Assembly (NCBI GenBank): GCA_963823655.1
Contig: CAWGMK010000007.1
Coordinates: 32,001-96,000, forward strand
Length of the DNA stretch: 64,000 bases
Direction: 5' to 3'
Origin: an uncultured Bacillota bacterium
Lineage (GTDB): Bacteria > Bacillota > DTU025 > MWDF01
The notes beneath the pieces are model-generated. The model had not been told where the DNA came from. It saw only the letters and a list, made by a program, of their open reading frames with translations, and ran no database searches. The position numbers were made by a program, and so were the translations under genes. Positions 10,458-20,499 of the stretch are shown piece by piece. How positions within the stretch are numbered: position 1 is the first letter of the stretch; every line of letters begins with the position of its first letter.

Positions 10458-11528
10458 CTACTGACTCTTGATCTCTTGGTCTGTGTTCTTTATATAGGAA
10501 GTGCTTTTTCCTGCTCCAACCTTAATAATGTATCCTTCCTTGAGGAGCGAAGCCAATGCCAACTCGATTGTTGATATGCTGATGTCTGGAAATTTCTCTG
10601 ATATCGACTTCTTTGGATAGTTTTTGCAACGTGGTATCAAACAATGCACGAATTCGATCTGGCTTGGACAGACTACGATTCAGCATTAATTCGACACGCA
10701 TCGAAAATTCCTTGTATGCACCCAGTATGATTTCCAAGTAATACTTCACGAAAGGGAAGTAAGTGTTCGTGAGACTGTGCCAGCCTTGAGAACTGGCTTG
10801 CAGCACATCGTAATAGGTTTCCTTAGTTTTCTCAATCAGCATTTCAAGGCTGATATATTTTCCAACGATGTATCCTGACCGATATAAAAGCAGTAAGGTT
10901 AACAGCCGACTCATCCGCCCGTTTCCGTCAGTAAACGGGTGAATGCAGAGAAAATCCAGAATGAACATCGGAATCAACAATAACGGGTCATACTTTTCAG
11001 ACTGAATTGCATTGATGAAGGCCATTGTCAGACAATCAACCGCTTCCGGTGTTTCAAAGGCCGGCAACGGTGCAAATCGGATCTTGCTGACACCTTGTGA
11101 TCTGTTTCGGCAATAGCATTGTCTGCATTTTTGAATCGTCCGCCCATGGAGGAAGGGTTAAATTGATATAGATCCCGATGCAACTGAAGAATCGTATTCG
11201 TTCGCGGGACAATGTAATCGTAGCTGTCGTGGATCAGCGCCAGGACTTCTCGATATCCAGCAATTTCCTGTTCTGAGCGATTTCGCGGCTCGGACTTTTC
11301 GCTGACCAAAGCCTGCAATCGTTCATCTGATGTGTAAATGCCCTCAATACGATTGGAAGCACCAGTGCTCTGAATTTTAGCAACCTCAAGCATGGCATTT
11401 AGCACATCAGGCTTGGCTTCGATATACAGCTCTTGCTTGCCTTTGTGCTCATGAATAGCAGAAACCAAATTCATAAGTTCGTAATGGAGCAGTTCATCTG
11501 GTATTTTACTGTATTCAAACTCCCTCAT
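10458..11528 (-). CDS. Fic family protein with C-terminal HTH, split by two frameshifts
   Basis: SNRIEG, canonical HPFTDGNGRMSR Fic motif; three overlapping ORFs 11028..11528, 10522..11067 and 10458..10649. Confidence 0.85.
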
Positions 11529-12227
11529 CTATTACATCCTTTCTGCACAAGGATTAGTTTACTGCATTATTGTACCATTAAATTATGCAGAAAGGAATAT
11601 GATTAGGCAGAACGATTTGAATGATATAGCTGCTATAAAGTATATCTGCATAATTCAACAGTTAAATAGTGCAGTAAAACATATGCGTTAGCAGAACTAC
11701 CGCACAGCATGCTCCCCTCAATGGCTTTCTTTATACCCTCATCCTCTTTTAGCCAGCCTTCTTTCCGGAACCAGTCAATAACCACCTTAGCTCCAGCCAG
11801 GTCTTATCCGCAAGGCGTATCTCACATGAGCCGCAATCCAGTCCGCAGGCAGCCATCATGATTGGCTTATCCATGTCCTCCACCGATGCGCACTTGATTT
11901 CAGGCTATTCATGTTTCATCTTTGGGATGCTGATTCCATCTCAGTATCAAGGTTTATGAACGAATTCAGCAACAAGGCCTCCATCATAGGATCTATGCTT
12001 GAAACGAACAACAAACGAATTATCTATATCAAACCGAAGATCTCGCCCAAAAGGCTGGAGGAATTGATCGTAAGCAACTGGAATCTACTTTCAGACAGGG
12101 ATTTTATGCGAAAGCTATCTTGCGTGTTAACCAAGAAGCCTTCTAATCGTGCGAATTTCATAATTACATACACCATATCAGTAATTAACATAAATGGTAT
12201 ATAATCTTTGACGATTGAGGCATTTAG

Positions 12228-12553
12228 ATGTATATTGAATTTGTTAGCAAGCGCTTGAAAGAGCAGATTGAAGATGCCAAAGCGATGAACAAGAGGTACG
12301 GCGAGGACCGAGCCCGCGAAATATGGAAGAGGCTTGATCAAATCAGGGCCTTTAACAACATCGGGGATCGCTTAAATCGGGTATTGGCCATGTGGAAATG
12401 TTGAGAGGGAATCTTAAGGGGATTATGTCGATTAGAGTTGACAAGAAGTTGCGGATTCTGTTTGAGCCTGTTAGTGAAAGCGGGCACGCCAATGACGATG
12501 TATTCGCATTAAACAGAATAAGGATCTTGGAGGTGGGCGGGTATCATGAATAG
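12228..12553 (+). CDS. higB: HigB/RelE-like toxin, frameshifted near 12368
   Basis: MYIEFVSKRLKEQIED..MNKRYGE..A..IWKRLDQIRA, then in a shifted frame EMLRGNLKGIMSIRVDKKLRILFEP..IRILEVGGYHE*; overlaps higA start. Confidence 0.75.
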
Positions 12554-13625
12554 AGACTCTGAATACAGAGCTCCGGTGGCAATACCGCCCGGCGAGACTC
12601 TATTCGAAGTGCTTGAGGATAGGAATATGACTCAGGTGGAACTCGCCAAGAGGCTGGGTTACAGCACTAAGCACATAAATCAGGTTATTAAAGGCAAGGC
12701 GTCAATTAGCAGCGATTTTGCCGTAAGCCTGTTTTATGTGCTGGGGATACCTGCATATTTCTGGCTAAATCTGGAGACCCAGTACCAGGAGGCCGCCGCC
12801 CGTTTGGCTGACGAAGCACGAATGAAGGAAGAAGCCCTTCTAGTCAAAGAGTTCTGCTATGCCGAAGCAAGCAGAAGAGGGTGGGTAAAGTCCACAAGAG
12901 ATAGCTGCGAGAAGGTCATCGAACTTAGGAAATACCTGCAGGTGTCCTCTCTGTCCCATGTAGAAGACATATATCCGGCCTCTTTCCGGATTGGAAAGTG
13001 CAAAAAGACCTTAATCGGAGCACTGGCTATGTGGCTGCGGCAAGGTGAGCTTATCGGAAAAGCTAAAAGCACAAACAAGTACAACGAAAAGAGCTTGAGA
13101 AATTTTATAGGCATGCTTAAGCAAATCTGCGCGGAGGCAGATGCGGCGGGGTTGGAGAAAGCAGGTTCCATATTAGCTGATTGCGGAGTGGCCCTTGCTG
13201 TTGTCCCACAGCTGGAAGGTACAAATGTATTGGGTGCTGCAATGAAATTGGCACCTGATAAATATGTCATTGAAATGTCCTTAAGGGGGAAATGGGCCGA
13301 TATCTTCTGGTTCAGCCTTTTCCACGAAATCGGGCACATTCTTCTTAGCCATGTGAAAGAAACATGGAGCATTAACTTCGATGATGCCGCAGAGTGCTAC
13401 CACAAGAATCAAGCTGAAGAGGATGCCGCAAACGAATTTGCCAAGGACCAGCTGATCATTCCGGCTATTTACGAAGGGTTTAAAAGTAACCACGATTTCT
13501 CCAGGGAGTCAATTAAGGAGTTCGCCGCAGACGAATGGAATTCACCCGGGAATTGTCCTTGGAAGACTATACTATGATGGACTTCTCAACCATGGCGTTT
13601 TCCAAGAGATGAGATATCAGGTTAA
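12546..13625 (+). CDS. higA: HigA-type XRE HTH antitoxin fused to ImmA/IrrE-like metallopeptidase domain
   Basis: AIPPGETL.EVLE.R.MTQ.ELA.RLG, FWLNLE..Y, DIFWFSLFHEIGH, E..ANEFA; a late frameshift hides the GISPGIVLGRL tail. Confidence 0.85.
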
Positions 13626-13673
13626 TTGATAATTTCCGTGAGTATTCAATTCGGACAAAAGGACGGCTTCATA

Positions 13674-14107
13674 GTGATAAATCTAAGGGAGATCAATGCA
13701 GACAACTGGCGCGTACTGACCAAGCTGAAAGTCAAAGACTGGCAGGCCCCATTTGTCGCCAGCAACGGGGACTCTATCGCCAGGGCGCATTATGTTAAAG
13801 ATAACTTCCCTCTCGGCATCTATGACGATGAGACTCCAGTGGGATTTTGCATGTATTCGATAAGCCCTAAGAGGCGAAATCTGGATACTTAGGCTGATGA
13901 TAGCCGCAGATTATCAATCTAAAGGCCGCGGTAAGGAGGCCACAATCAAGCTTATAGAAATGCTCCTTGATAAGTTCGGCAAAGTGCCAATATTCATCAG
14001 CTTCGACCCTGCAAACGAATGGGCCAGGAAGATTATATGCCAGTTTGGGTTTCGTGAAGGACGACAGGGAAGCGGATGATGAGATAGTCTTCAGGCTCGA
14101 TCCCTGA
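13674..14107 (+). CDS. GNAT family N-acetyltransferase, frameshifted
   Basis: LREINADNW..L.V...Q..FVASN..SIA; GIY...PVGF.M; IWILRLMIAADYQSKGRGK; pieces lie in different frames. Confidence 0.75.
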
Positions 14108-14148
14108 GAGCGCACAGAGTTGACGTACATTTGCCTCAGATAATAATG

Positions 14149-14179
14149 ACGGGCGCCATTGATGGGCGCCCGTTTCTTT
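14149..14179. terminator. Terminator hairpin between convergent GNAT gene and purD
   Basis: ACGGGCGCC-ATTGATG-GGCGCCCGT followed by TTCTTT. Confidence 0.65.
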
Positions 14180-14227
14180 AATCCATAAGCATTACTAGTT
14201 AATAAGCTTGGACTATCCCGTCGAATA

Positions 14228-15511
14228 CTAGGGCCTTCCCGTTCCGATGTCCTTCCTGTATGAGAGGTTGGGGCAATCCACTGTGTCAGCGCCCCTGTAA
14301 ACCTTGGCGGTCGCCTCAGCCAGGCTGTCCCCAAGCGCGCTTATAGCCAGCACCCTTCCTCCGTCCGTAACGAGCCTGCCCTCCGCATCGCTTGCGGTCC
14401 CGGCGTGGAATATTACTACGCCTTCCTCCGGCACATCCGTGAATTCAATCTCGAAATCCTTGTCGTACATCTCAGGGTATCCCTTGCTCGCCAAGACAAG
14501 GCAGACGCATGTCTTGTCCAAGAAAGAGAGGCTCTTCCTGGTAAGCTTGCCATCGCAGGCTTCAAGCATCACCTCGACGAGGTCATCCTCCATGAGAGGA
14601 AGGACGGCCTGCGTTTCCGGGTCGCCGAAACGGCAGTTGTATTCCAGCACCTTCGGGCCTTCCTTGGTAAGCATAAGCCCTGCATAAAGCACCCCTTTGT
14701 AGGGCGTGCCCCTGTCCGCCATGATTTTCAGTATTGGCTCTACGGTAAGCTTTGCCAGATCGTAAGCCTCCTGCATGGCCACAAAAGGCGACGGCGAGAC
14801 GGCCCCCATGCCCCCGGTGTTGGGCCCCCTGTCCCCCTCCAGCGCCCTCTTGTAGTCCTTTGCCGGCATAAGAGGCAGCGCCCGTACCCCGTCGCAGATG
14901 CAAAGCAGCGACGTCTCGACGCCCTCCAACCTCTCTTCAAGCAGGACCCTGCCGGCAGATGATGCTCCTGAGAACCTGCTCAAAGCCACAGATGCCTCGG
15001 CGGTCGTATCTGCCACGACTACGCCTTTGCCCGCAGCCAGCCCGTCCAGCTTCACGACTATGGGCCCTTCCATCTTCAAAAGGGCCTCCTGGGCGCTTTT
15101 TGCATCGTCGAATATCTTGGCCCAGGCAGTAGGTACGCCGGCCTCCTGCATGATCTGCTTGGAGAAAGCCTTTGAGGATTCAAGCCTTGCGCACTCGCGT
15201 ACCGGCCCGAAGACCTTCCTGCCGCATGCTTCAAGCCTGTCCGCAAGGCCCAGCGAAAGCGGCACTTCAGGCCCCACTACGACAAGGTCGGCGTCAATTT
15301 GCTCGGCCAATTTTACAAGCCCTTCAACATCGTCCGCCTTAACCTTGAAGCATTCTGCAAGCTCGGATATACCGGGATTGCCGGGGGCTGCGAATATCTT
15401 GTCCACAAGCCTGCTTTCCGCTATCTTCCATACGAGCGCATGCTCCCTGCCTCCGGAGCCGACGACTAGTATATTGAGCTTCTCCGCCCTGCTTTCAGCA
15501 TTAGCAGCCAT
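14228..15511 (-). CDS. purD: Phosphoribosylamine-glycine ligase
   Basis: VGSGGREHAL, APGNPG, VVGPEVPL, GLAAGKGV, GPNTGGMG, EYNCRFGDPETQ, GGRVL. Confidence 0.97.
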   Translation of the reverse strand: MAANAESRAEKLNILVVGSGGREHALVWKIAESRLVDKIFAAPGNPGISELAECFKVKADDVEGLVKLAEQIDADLVVVGPEVPLSLGLADRLEACGRKVFGPVRECARLESSKAFSKQIMQEAGVPTAWAKIFDDAKSAQEALLKMEGPIVVKLDGLAAGKGVVVADTTAEASVALSRFSGASSAGRVLLEERLEGVETSLLCICDGVRALPLMPAKDYKRALEGDRGPNTGGMGAVSPSPFVAMQEAYDLAKLTVEPILKIMADRGTPYKGVLYAGLMLTKEGPKVLEYNCRFGDPETQAVLPLMEDDLVEVMLEACDGKLTRKSLSFLDKTCVCLVLASKGYPEMYDKDFEIEFTDVPEEGVVIFHAGTASDAEGRLVTDGGRVLAISALGDSLAEATAKVYRGADTVDCPNLSYRKDIGTGRP

Positions 15512-15565
15512 AGATACCTCCATCGATATCATCAAATTAGCTGAGCCCTGCTCCTGCCAAAATTC

Positions 15566-17113
15566 CTAGTGCTTGAAATGCCTCACTCCGGTGTATACCA
15601 TCGCTATGCCGTGCTTGTCGCACTCCTCGATGCTCTCTTTGTCCCTGATGCTGCCGCCCGGCTGTATTATCGCCTTTACGCCAGCCTTCGCCGCCGCCTC
15701 CACAGTGTCCTTGAACGGGAAGTAGGCATCGGATGCCATGACGGACCCCTTGGCCTTGTCGCCCGCCATCTCGATTGCGATCTTGGCGGCTCCTACCCTG
15801 TTAGTCTGCCCGCCTCCCACGCCCACAGTAGCCTCGCCCTTCCAGAGCAATATGGCGTTGGATTTGACGTGCTTGACCACTTTCCATGCGAACAGAAGCT
15901 GCATCACTTCCTCGTCCGTGGGGCAGATCTTGGTGACGCACTTAAGATCCTCCATGACGACTTTCTTCGCATCGGTGCCCTGCATCAGGAAGCCCCCAGG
16001 AACGGTCTTTATGTCGACTTCCTTGCCCCTCATCATCTCATCCAGGGACAGCTCGACGAACCTTACAGCCGGCTTCTTCGAGAACATCAAGGAAGCTTCG
16101 CCGGAGAAGCTCGGAGCCACGACCACCTCTAGGAATATCTCGGCCATCTTGGCGATGACGGAGCTTCCCAGCTGCCTGTTCGATGCAACAATGCCACCGA
16201 AGGCAGATACCGGGTCAGCCTCATAGGCCAACCTAAATGCCTCGTCAATATTCTCCGCGACTGCCACTCCGCAGGGGGTCGCGTGCTTGACGATGCAGAC
16301 GCACGGCCTGTCGGGGCCGAACTCCCTGAGGACCGCAATCGCAGTCTCCATGTCGCCCAGGTTGTTGTAGCTGAGCTCCTTGCCGGACAGCTTCTTCATC
16401 GCCAGCATGCCTGTAGGAAGAAGCCCCGACTGCTTATAGAGCCCCGCGCTCTGGTGGGGGTTCTCGCCGTATCTAAGCTCCAGGGCAGGCGCCAGTCCAA
16501 TTGCAAGGCTCGCGCCCGCAAGGTCTAGCAAGCCACGTCCGGCCTTTGCGTTCAGGTGCTGTGAAATCGCAGCGTCGTAAGCTGCTGTATGGGAGAAAGC
16601 CTTGGAGGCAAGCTCCAGTTTCAAAACCTTGCTCACCTTGCCGGTCCTAAGCTCCTTGAGCACCCTGTCGTAGTCCTTTGGGTCAGTCACGACGGTGACA
16701 CGCTCGAAGTTCTTGGCGGCTGATCTGAGCATCGAGGGGCCGCCGATGTCGATGTTCTCTACTATGGTCTCGAAGTCCGCCCCCTTATCCACGGTCGCCT
16801 GGAAGGGATAGAGATTTACGCAAACTATGTCAATGAGCTTGGCGCCCAGTTTCGCAACCTGCTTGAGATGCTCGTCAATTGGCCTTGCGAGGATTCCTGC
16901 ATGTACCATCGGATGCAGCGTCTTCACCCTGCCGTCCAGGCACTCCGGGAAGTTGGTAAGCTCCGATATGTCCATTACGGTAACTCCAGCGTTCCTTAGG
17001 ACATTGGCGGTGCCGCCTGTAGAGACAATGTCGAAGCCCAGATCTACAAGGCCTTTTGCGAACTGCGCAGCCCCCGTCTTGTCCGTTAAGCTGATCAAAG
17101 CAAGTTTTCCCAT
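15566..17113 (-). CDS. purH: Bifunctional AICAR transformylase / IMP cyclohydrolase
   Basis: STGGTA, GRVKTLHP, IDIGGP, LRYGENPHQ, KHATPCG, ASDAYFPF, GVRHFKH. Confidence 0.97.
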   Translation of the reverse strand: MGKLALISLTDKTGAAQFAKGLVDLGFDIVSTGGTANVLRNAGVTVMDISELTNFPECLDGRVKTLHPMVHAGILARPIDEHLKQVAKLGAKLIDIVCVNLYPFQATVDKGADFETIVENIDIGGPSMLRSAAKNFERVTVVTDPKDYDRVLKELRTGKVSKVLKLELASKAFSHTAAYDAAISQHLNAKAGRGLLDLAGASLAIGLAPALELRYGENPHQSAGLYKQSGLLPTGMLAMKKLSGKELSYNNLGDMETAIAVLREFGPDRPCVCIVKHATPCGVAVAENIDEAFRLAYEADPVSAFGGIVASNRQLGSSVIAKMAEIFLEVVVAPSFSGEASLMFSKKPAVRFVELSLDEMMRGKEVDIKTVPGGFLMQGTDAKKVVMEDLKCVTKICPTDEEVMQLLFAWKVVKHVKSNAILLWKGEATVGVGGGQTNRVGAAKIAIEMAGDKAKGSVMASDAYFPFKDTVEAAAKAGVKAIIQPGGSIRDKESIEECDKHGIAMVYTGVRHFKH

Positions 17114-17174
17114 CAATTTTCCTCCCAAAAGGCCAAAAGCCCGTAATCAAAACAAGTTATACCGCTACTGCAGC

Positions 17175-17288
17175 CTATTTCTTCGGCCCCTTGGATTTCC
17201 TTGCGCGAACGACCTGCTCGATCTTCGCGAAGAAGAAAGTCTTCCAGGCCTTGTAGTTCATCATTAAGTGCAGAAGGAACGCCCTCAC
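17175..17288 (-). CDS. Putative 37-aa small protein between purN and purH
   Basis: GTG overlaps the purN stop (GTGA), with GGAGG 9 nt upstream; MRAFLLHLMMNYKAWKTFFFAKIEQVVRARKSKGPKK*. Confidence 0.45.
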   Translation of the reverse strand: MRAFLLHLMMNYKAWKTFFFAKIEQVVRARKSKGPKK

Positions 17289-17905
17289 CGGGCATCGCCT
17301 CCATCCGAGATCCTGACAGTCCTGCCATCCAATCGCACCTTTTCGTCCGCAAGAAGCCCTAAGGCCTCAACGTAGAGGATGTGCTCCTGCTCAAGTATCC
17401 TCTGAGATAATTTCTCCTCGTCGTCGCCCTCAAGCACAGAGACGGCCCTTTGCAAAATTATCGGCCCCGTGTCCATGCCTTCGTCCACGAAATGCACTGT
17501 GCATCCGGTAACCTTGGCCCCGAAGTCCAGGGCCTGTTTTTGCGCATCAAGTCCGGGGAAGCTGGGCAGAAGCGCCGGGTGGATGTTCACTATCCTGCCT
17601 TTAAACCTTCCAACGAACTCCTTGCCCAGCACCCTCATGAAGCCCGCAAGGGCTATGTAATCGGGGTTGAAGCCTTCTACCAGATCAGCCAGCGCCATGT
17701 CGTAATCACGCCTTGTGGCAAATCCCTTCCTTGCCAGCACGACCACATTCGGGACGCCTGCTTTCAGGGCTTTGCCAAGGACCGCGGCATCCGTCTTGTC
17801 GGACACGACGGCTATGATTTCGGCATTCAGCTTTCCTGCCTTTATGGCATCGTCGATAGCGGTGAAATTTGAGCCCCTGCCGGATGCCATTATCACAAGC
17901 CTCAT
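17285..17905 (-). CDS. purN: Phosphoribosylglycinamide formyltransferase
   Basis: MASGRGSNF, LAGFMRVL, NIHPALLPSFPG, GCTVHFVDEGMDTGPII. Confidence 0.97.
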   Translation of the reverse strand: MRLVIMASGRGSNFTAIDDAIKAGKLNAEIIAVVSDKTDAAVLGKALKAGVPNVVVLARKGFATRRDYDMALADLVEGFNPDYIALAGFMRVLGKEFVGRFKGRIVNIHPALLPSFPGLDAQKQALDFGAKVTGCTVHFVDEGMDTGPIILQRAVSVLEGDDEEKLSQRILEQEHILYVEALGLLADEKVRLDGRTVRISDGGDAR

Positions 17906-17972
17906 CGCTTTTCCTTTCGTGGCCCTCACCGCCTTTCGCATCTATTTGCTCGCTGCTTCTTAAAAGCCTCGC

Positions 17973-19022
17973 TTACTTCTGGTTCTTCGCCTTCTTGGAC
18001 AGGTTGAACTTCACCTCTGCCCTGCCGGACGTTATCCTGCCCACTACCGCCGCCTTTTCGCCGGCGTTGTTGAGAAGCTCTACAGCCCTTGCCGCATCCT
18101 GCTGCCTTACTACGGCCACGAAGCCTAGCCCCATGTTGAACACCCTTAGCATCTCGGACGTCTCCACCTTGCCCAGCCTTGCTATCATGTCGAACACCGG
18201 GGGCACCTTCCAGCTTCCCAGATCAAGCTCCATGCCGCAACCTTCCGGCAGGCACCTTACTGGGTTTTCCACCAGGCCTCCGCCTGTTATATGGGCCATG
18301 CCGAGGACTTCGACTTCCTTCATCAGGGCCAGCACCGGCCTAACATATATCCTCGTGGGTTTCAGAAGCTCCTCGCCCACAGTGCAGCCCAGCTCCTCGA
18401 AATGCTCGTGGAAGTACAAGCTGTTGTCTGCAAGAAGCACGCGCCTTGCCAGGGAGAACCCGTTGGAATGAAGGCCGTTGGAGGCAAGCCCGATTACTGC
18501 ATCTCCCGGTTTTATCTTGGAGCCGTCAATTATCTCGTCTTTTTCAACGGCGCCGACCGCAAAGCCCGCAACGTCGTACTCCCCGTAAGGGTAGAAGCCC
18601 GGCATTTCCGCCGTCTCGCCGCCGACTAGGGCGCAGTCCGCCTGTACGCAGCCGTCCGCGACGCCTTTGACTATATCCGCCACGAGCTCCGGCTCAAGCT
18701 TGCCGAGCGCTATGTAATCCAGGAAGAATATCGGCTTTGCACCAGATACCAGGCAGTCATTAACGCACATGGCCACGCAGTCAATACCGATGGTATCGTT
18801 CCTGTCCATGCCCATCGCGATTCTAAGCTTGGTGCCGACGCCGTCGGTCCCGGAGACCAGTACCGGCTTTTTGAGGCCGAGGGAGCTCAAGTCGAACAGG
18901 CCGCCGAAGCCGCCTATGCCGCCCATCACGCCCTTGGTCCTTGTCTTCTCCACATGGGGCTTGATGAGCTCTACCGCCTTGTTACCGGCATCTATATCCA
19001 CGCCCGCCTTGCGGTAGGTCGC
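17973..19022 (-). CDS. purM: AIR synthetase moiety of the PurF-PurM fusion
   Basis: [53 protein letters not shown]. Confidence 0.9.
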   Translation of the reverse strand, partial: ATYRKAGVDIDAGNKAVELIKPHVEKTRTKGVMGGIGGFGGLFDLSSLGLKKPVLVSGTDGVGTKLRIAMGMDRNDTIGIDCVAMCVNDCLVSGAKPIFFLDYIALGKLEPELVADIVKGVADGCVQADCALVGGETAEMPGFYPYGEYDVAGFAVGAVEKDEIIDGSKIKPGDAVIGLASNGLHSNGFSLARRVLLADNSLYFHEHFEELGCTVGEELLKPTRIYVRPVLALMKEVEVLGMAHITGGGLVENPVRCLPEGCGMELDLGSWKVPPVFDMIARLGKVETSEMLRVFNMGLGFVAVVRQQDAARAVELLNNAGEKAAVVGRITSGRAEVKFNLSKKAKNQK

Positions 19023-20489
19023 GCTCTCTTCGCCCTTCTTTATGGTCTCGAATACCTGCTTGTCGCTTTCGGCGTCGACCGCCGTCGGATATTTGCCGTC
19101 GAAGCAGGCCTTGCAAAAGCCCCTACTTCCTGAGCCGGACGAGCGCCTTGCCCTCTCAATCGCCAGGACCATGCCCTCCAAGGAGAGGTAGTACAGCAAT
19201 TCCGAGCCTATCATCTCCCTGATCTCATCTACGCTCTTCACATTGGCCACCAGCTCGCCGCGCCCCGTTGTATCTATGCCGTAATGGCAGCCGAACTTCA
19301 CTGGAGGCGACGATACGACGACATGTACCTCGGTGGCGCCGGCCCTCTTCATGAGGTCAACCAGCTTGCGGCTTGTCGTGCCGCGAACAATTGAGTCATC
19401 CACTAGCACGACACGCTTTCCTCTAACGAGGGAGGCGACCGCGTTTAGCTTGAGCCTTACGCCAAGGTCCCTGACGTTCTGGGACGGCTGTATGAAAGTC
19501 CTTCCCATGTAGCGGTTCTTTATCATGCCCATCACGTATGGCAGGCCGCTCTCCTGGGCGTAGCCCTGGGCCGCTCCTATGCCCAATTCCGGAACGGGCA
19601 CTACGATGTCGGCCTCGATGCCGCGGCTTTCGCGCGCCAACTGCTTTCCGAGCTCGAACCTGGCCTCGGCCACCCCGATGTCGTCGATGCACGAGTCTGG
19701 CCTTGCGAGGTATACGTGCTCGAATATGCAGGATGAGTGCTTCACGCCGTTGATCTTGCCGGCGGAGTGGAGCCCGTCCTTGTTCATGTATATGATCTCG
19801 CCGGGCTCGACGTCTCTTATCCTCACAGCGCCGACCGTATCAAGCGCGCAGGATTCGGAGGCCACGAAGTAGCCTGAGCCGTCTCCCGCCTCGCCCACCA
19901 TAAGCGGCCTGAAGCCGTGCGGATCCCTTGCGGCGTAGACTGTGTCGCCCTGCAGCACCGCGAATGAGTAGGCGCCGTCCAGAGTCTCCATGGCCTTCCT
20001 GATTGCGCCAAGCATGCCCATGTCATAGTGCCTGGCGATAGTGCAGCCGATTATCTCGGAGTCGGACGTAGTCTGGAAGACCGCGCCGGTCTTGCCCAGC
20101 CTCCGCCTTAGCGTCGCGGCGTTGGTGATGTTGCCGTTATGGGCGAGCGCCATCATCCCGTCAATATACCTGAAGGTCATGGGCTGGGCGTTCATTATGT
20201 CGGAGCTGCCAGTCGTGGAGTATCTGACATGCCCTATGCCCGAATGGCCCTTGAGGGATGTGACCGAGTGCTTCGAGAAGACCTCGGTTACCAGGCCCAT
20301 GTCCTTGATCACTTTTATCTCATTGCCCTCGAAAGTGGCGATGCCCGCGCTCTCCTGGCCCCTGTGCTGCAGGGCTACCAGCCCCATGAATATGTTCTCC
20401 GCGGCCGGCCCCTGAAGGGCCGCCCCGAAGACGCCGCACTCATCGCGCACCGCATCGTCCTCTATAAGGCATACATGCTTTAGATCCAA
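17973..20489 (-). CDS. purF: Amidophosphoribosyltransferase fused to AIR synthetase (PurF-PurM)
   Basis: Propeptide..[39 protein letters not shown], continuing without stop or Met into PurM; TTG start follows GAGGT. Confidence 0.9.
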   Translation of the reverse strand: MDLKHVCLIEDDAVRDECGVFGAALQGPAAENIFMGLVALQHRGQESAGIATFEGNEIKVIKDMGLVTEVFSKHSVTSLKGHSGIGHVRYSTTGSSDIMNAQPMTFRYIDGMMALAHNGNITNAATLRRRLGKTGAVFQTTSDSEIIGCTIARHYDMGMLGAIRKAMETLDGAYSFAVLQGDTVYAARDPHGFRPLMVGEAGDGSGYFVASESCALDTVGAVRIRDVEPGEIIYMNKDGLHSAGKINGVKHSSCIFEHVYLARPDSCIDDIGVAEARFELGKQLARESRGIEADIVVPVPELGIGAAQGYAQESGLPYVMGMIKNRYMGRTFIQPSQNVRDLGVRLKLNAVASLVRGKRVVLVDDSIVRGTTSRKLVDLMKRAGATEVHVVVSSPPVKFGCHYGIDTTGRGELVANVKSVDEIREMIGSELLYYLSLEGMVLAIERARRSSGSGSRGFCKACFDGKYPTAVDAESDKQVFETIKKGEESATYRKAGVDIDAGNKAVELIKPHVEKTRTKGVMGGIGGFGGLFDLSSLGLKKPVLVSGTDGVGTKLRIAMGMDRNDTIGIDCVAMCVNDCLVSGAKPIFFLDYIALGKLEPELVADIVKGVADGCVQADCALVGGETAEMPGFYPYGEYDVAGFAVGAVEKDEIIDGSKIKPGDAVIGLASNGLHSNGFSLARRVLLADNSLYFHEHFEELGCTVGEELLKPTRIYVRPVLALMKEVEVLGMAHITGGGLVENPVRCLPEGCGMELDLGSWKVPPVFDMIARLGKVETSEMLRVFNMGLGFVAVVRQQDAARAVELLNNAGEKAAVVGRITSGRAEVKFNLSKKAKNQK

Positions 20490-20499
20490 TATAGTTACC

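Noticed and set aside
11911-12204. 97-aa ORF upstream of higB
   Set aside because: No clear RBS or recognisable motif; it may be a gene fragment but cannot be supported.
13890-13897. TAG in the GNAT gene as pyrrolysine readthrough
   Set aside because: The downstream part is in a different frame; this is a simple frameshift.
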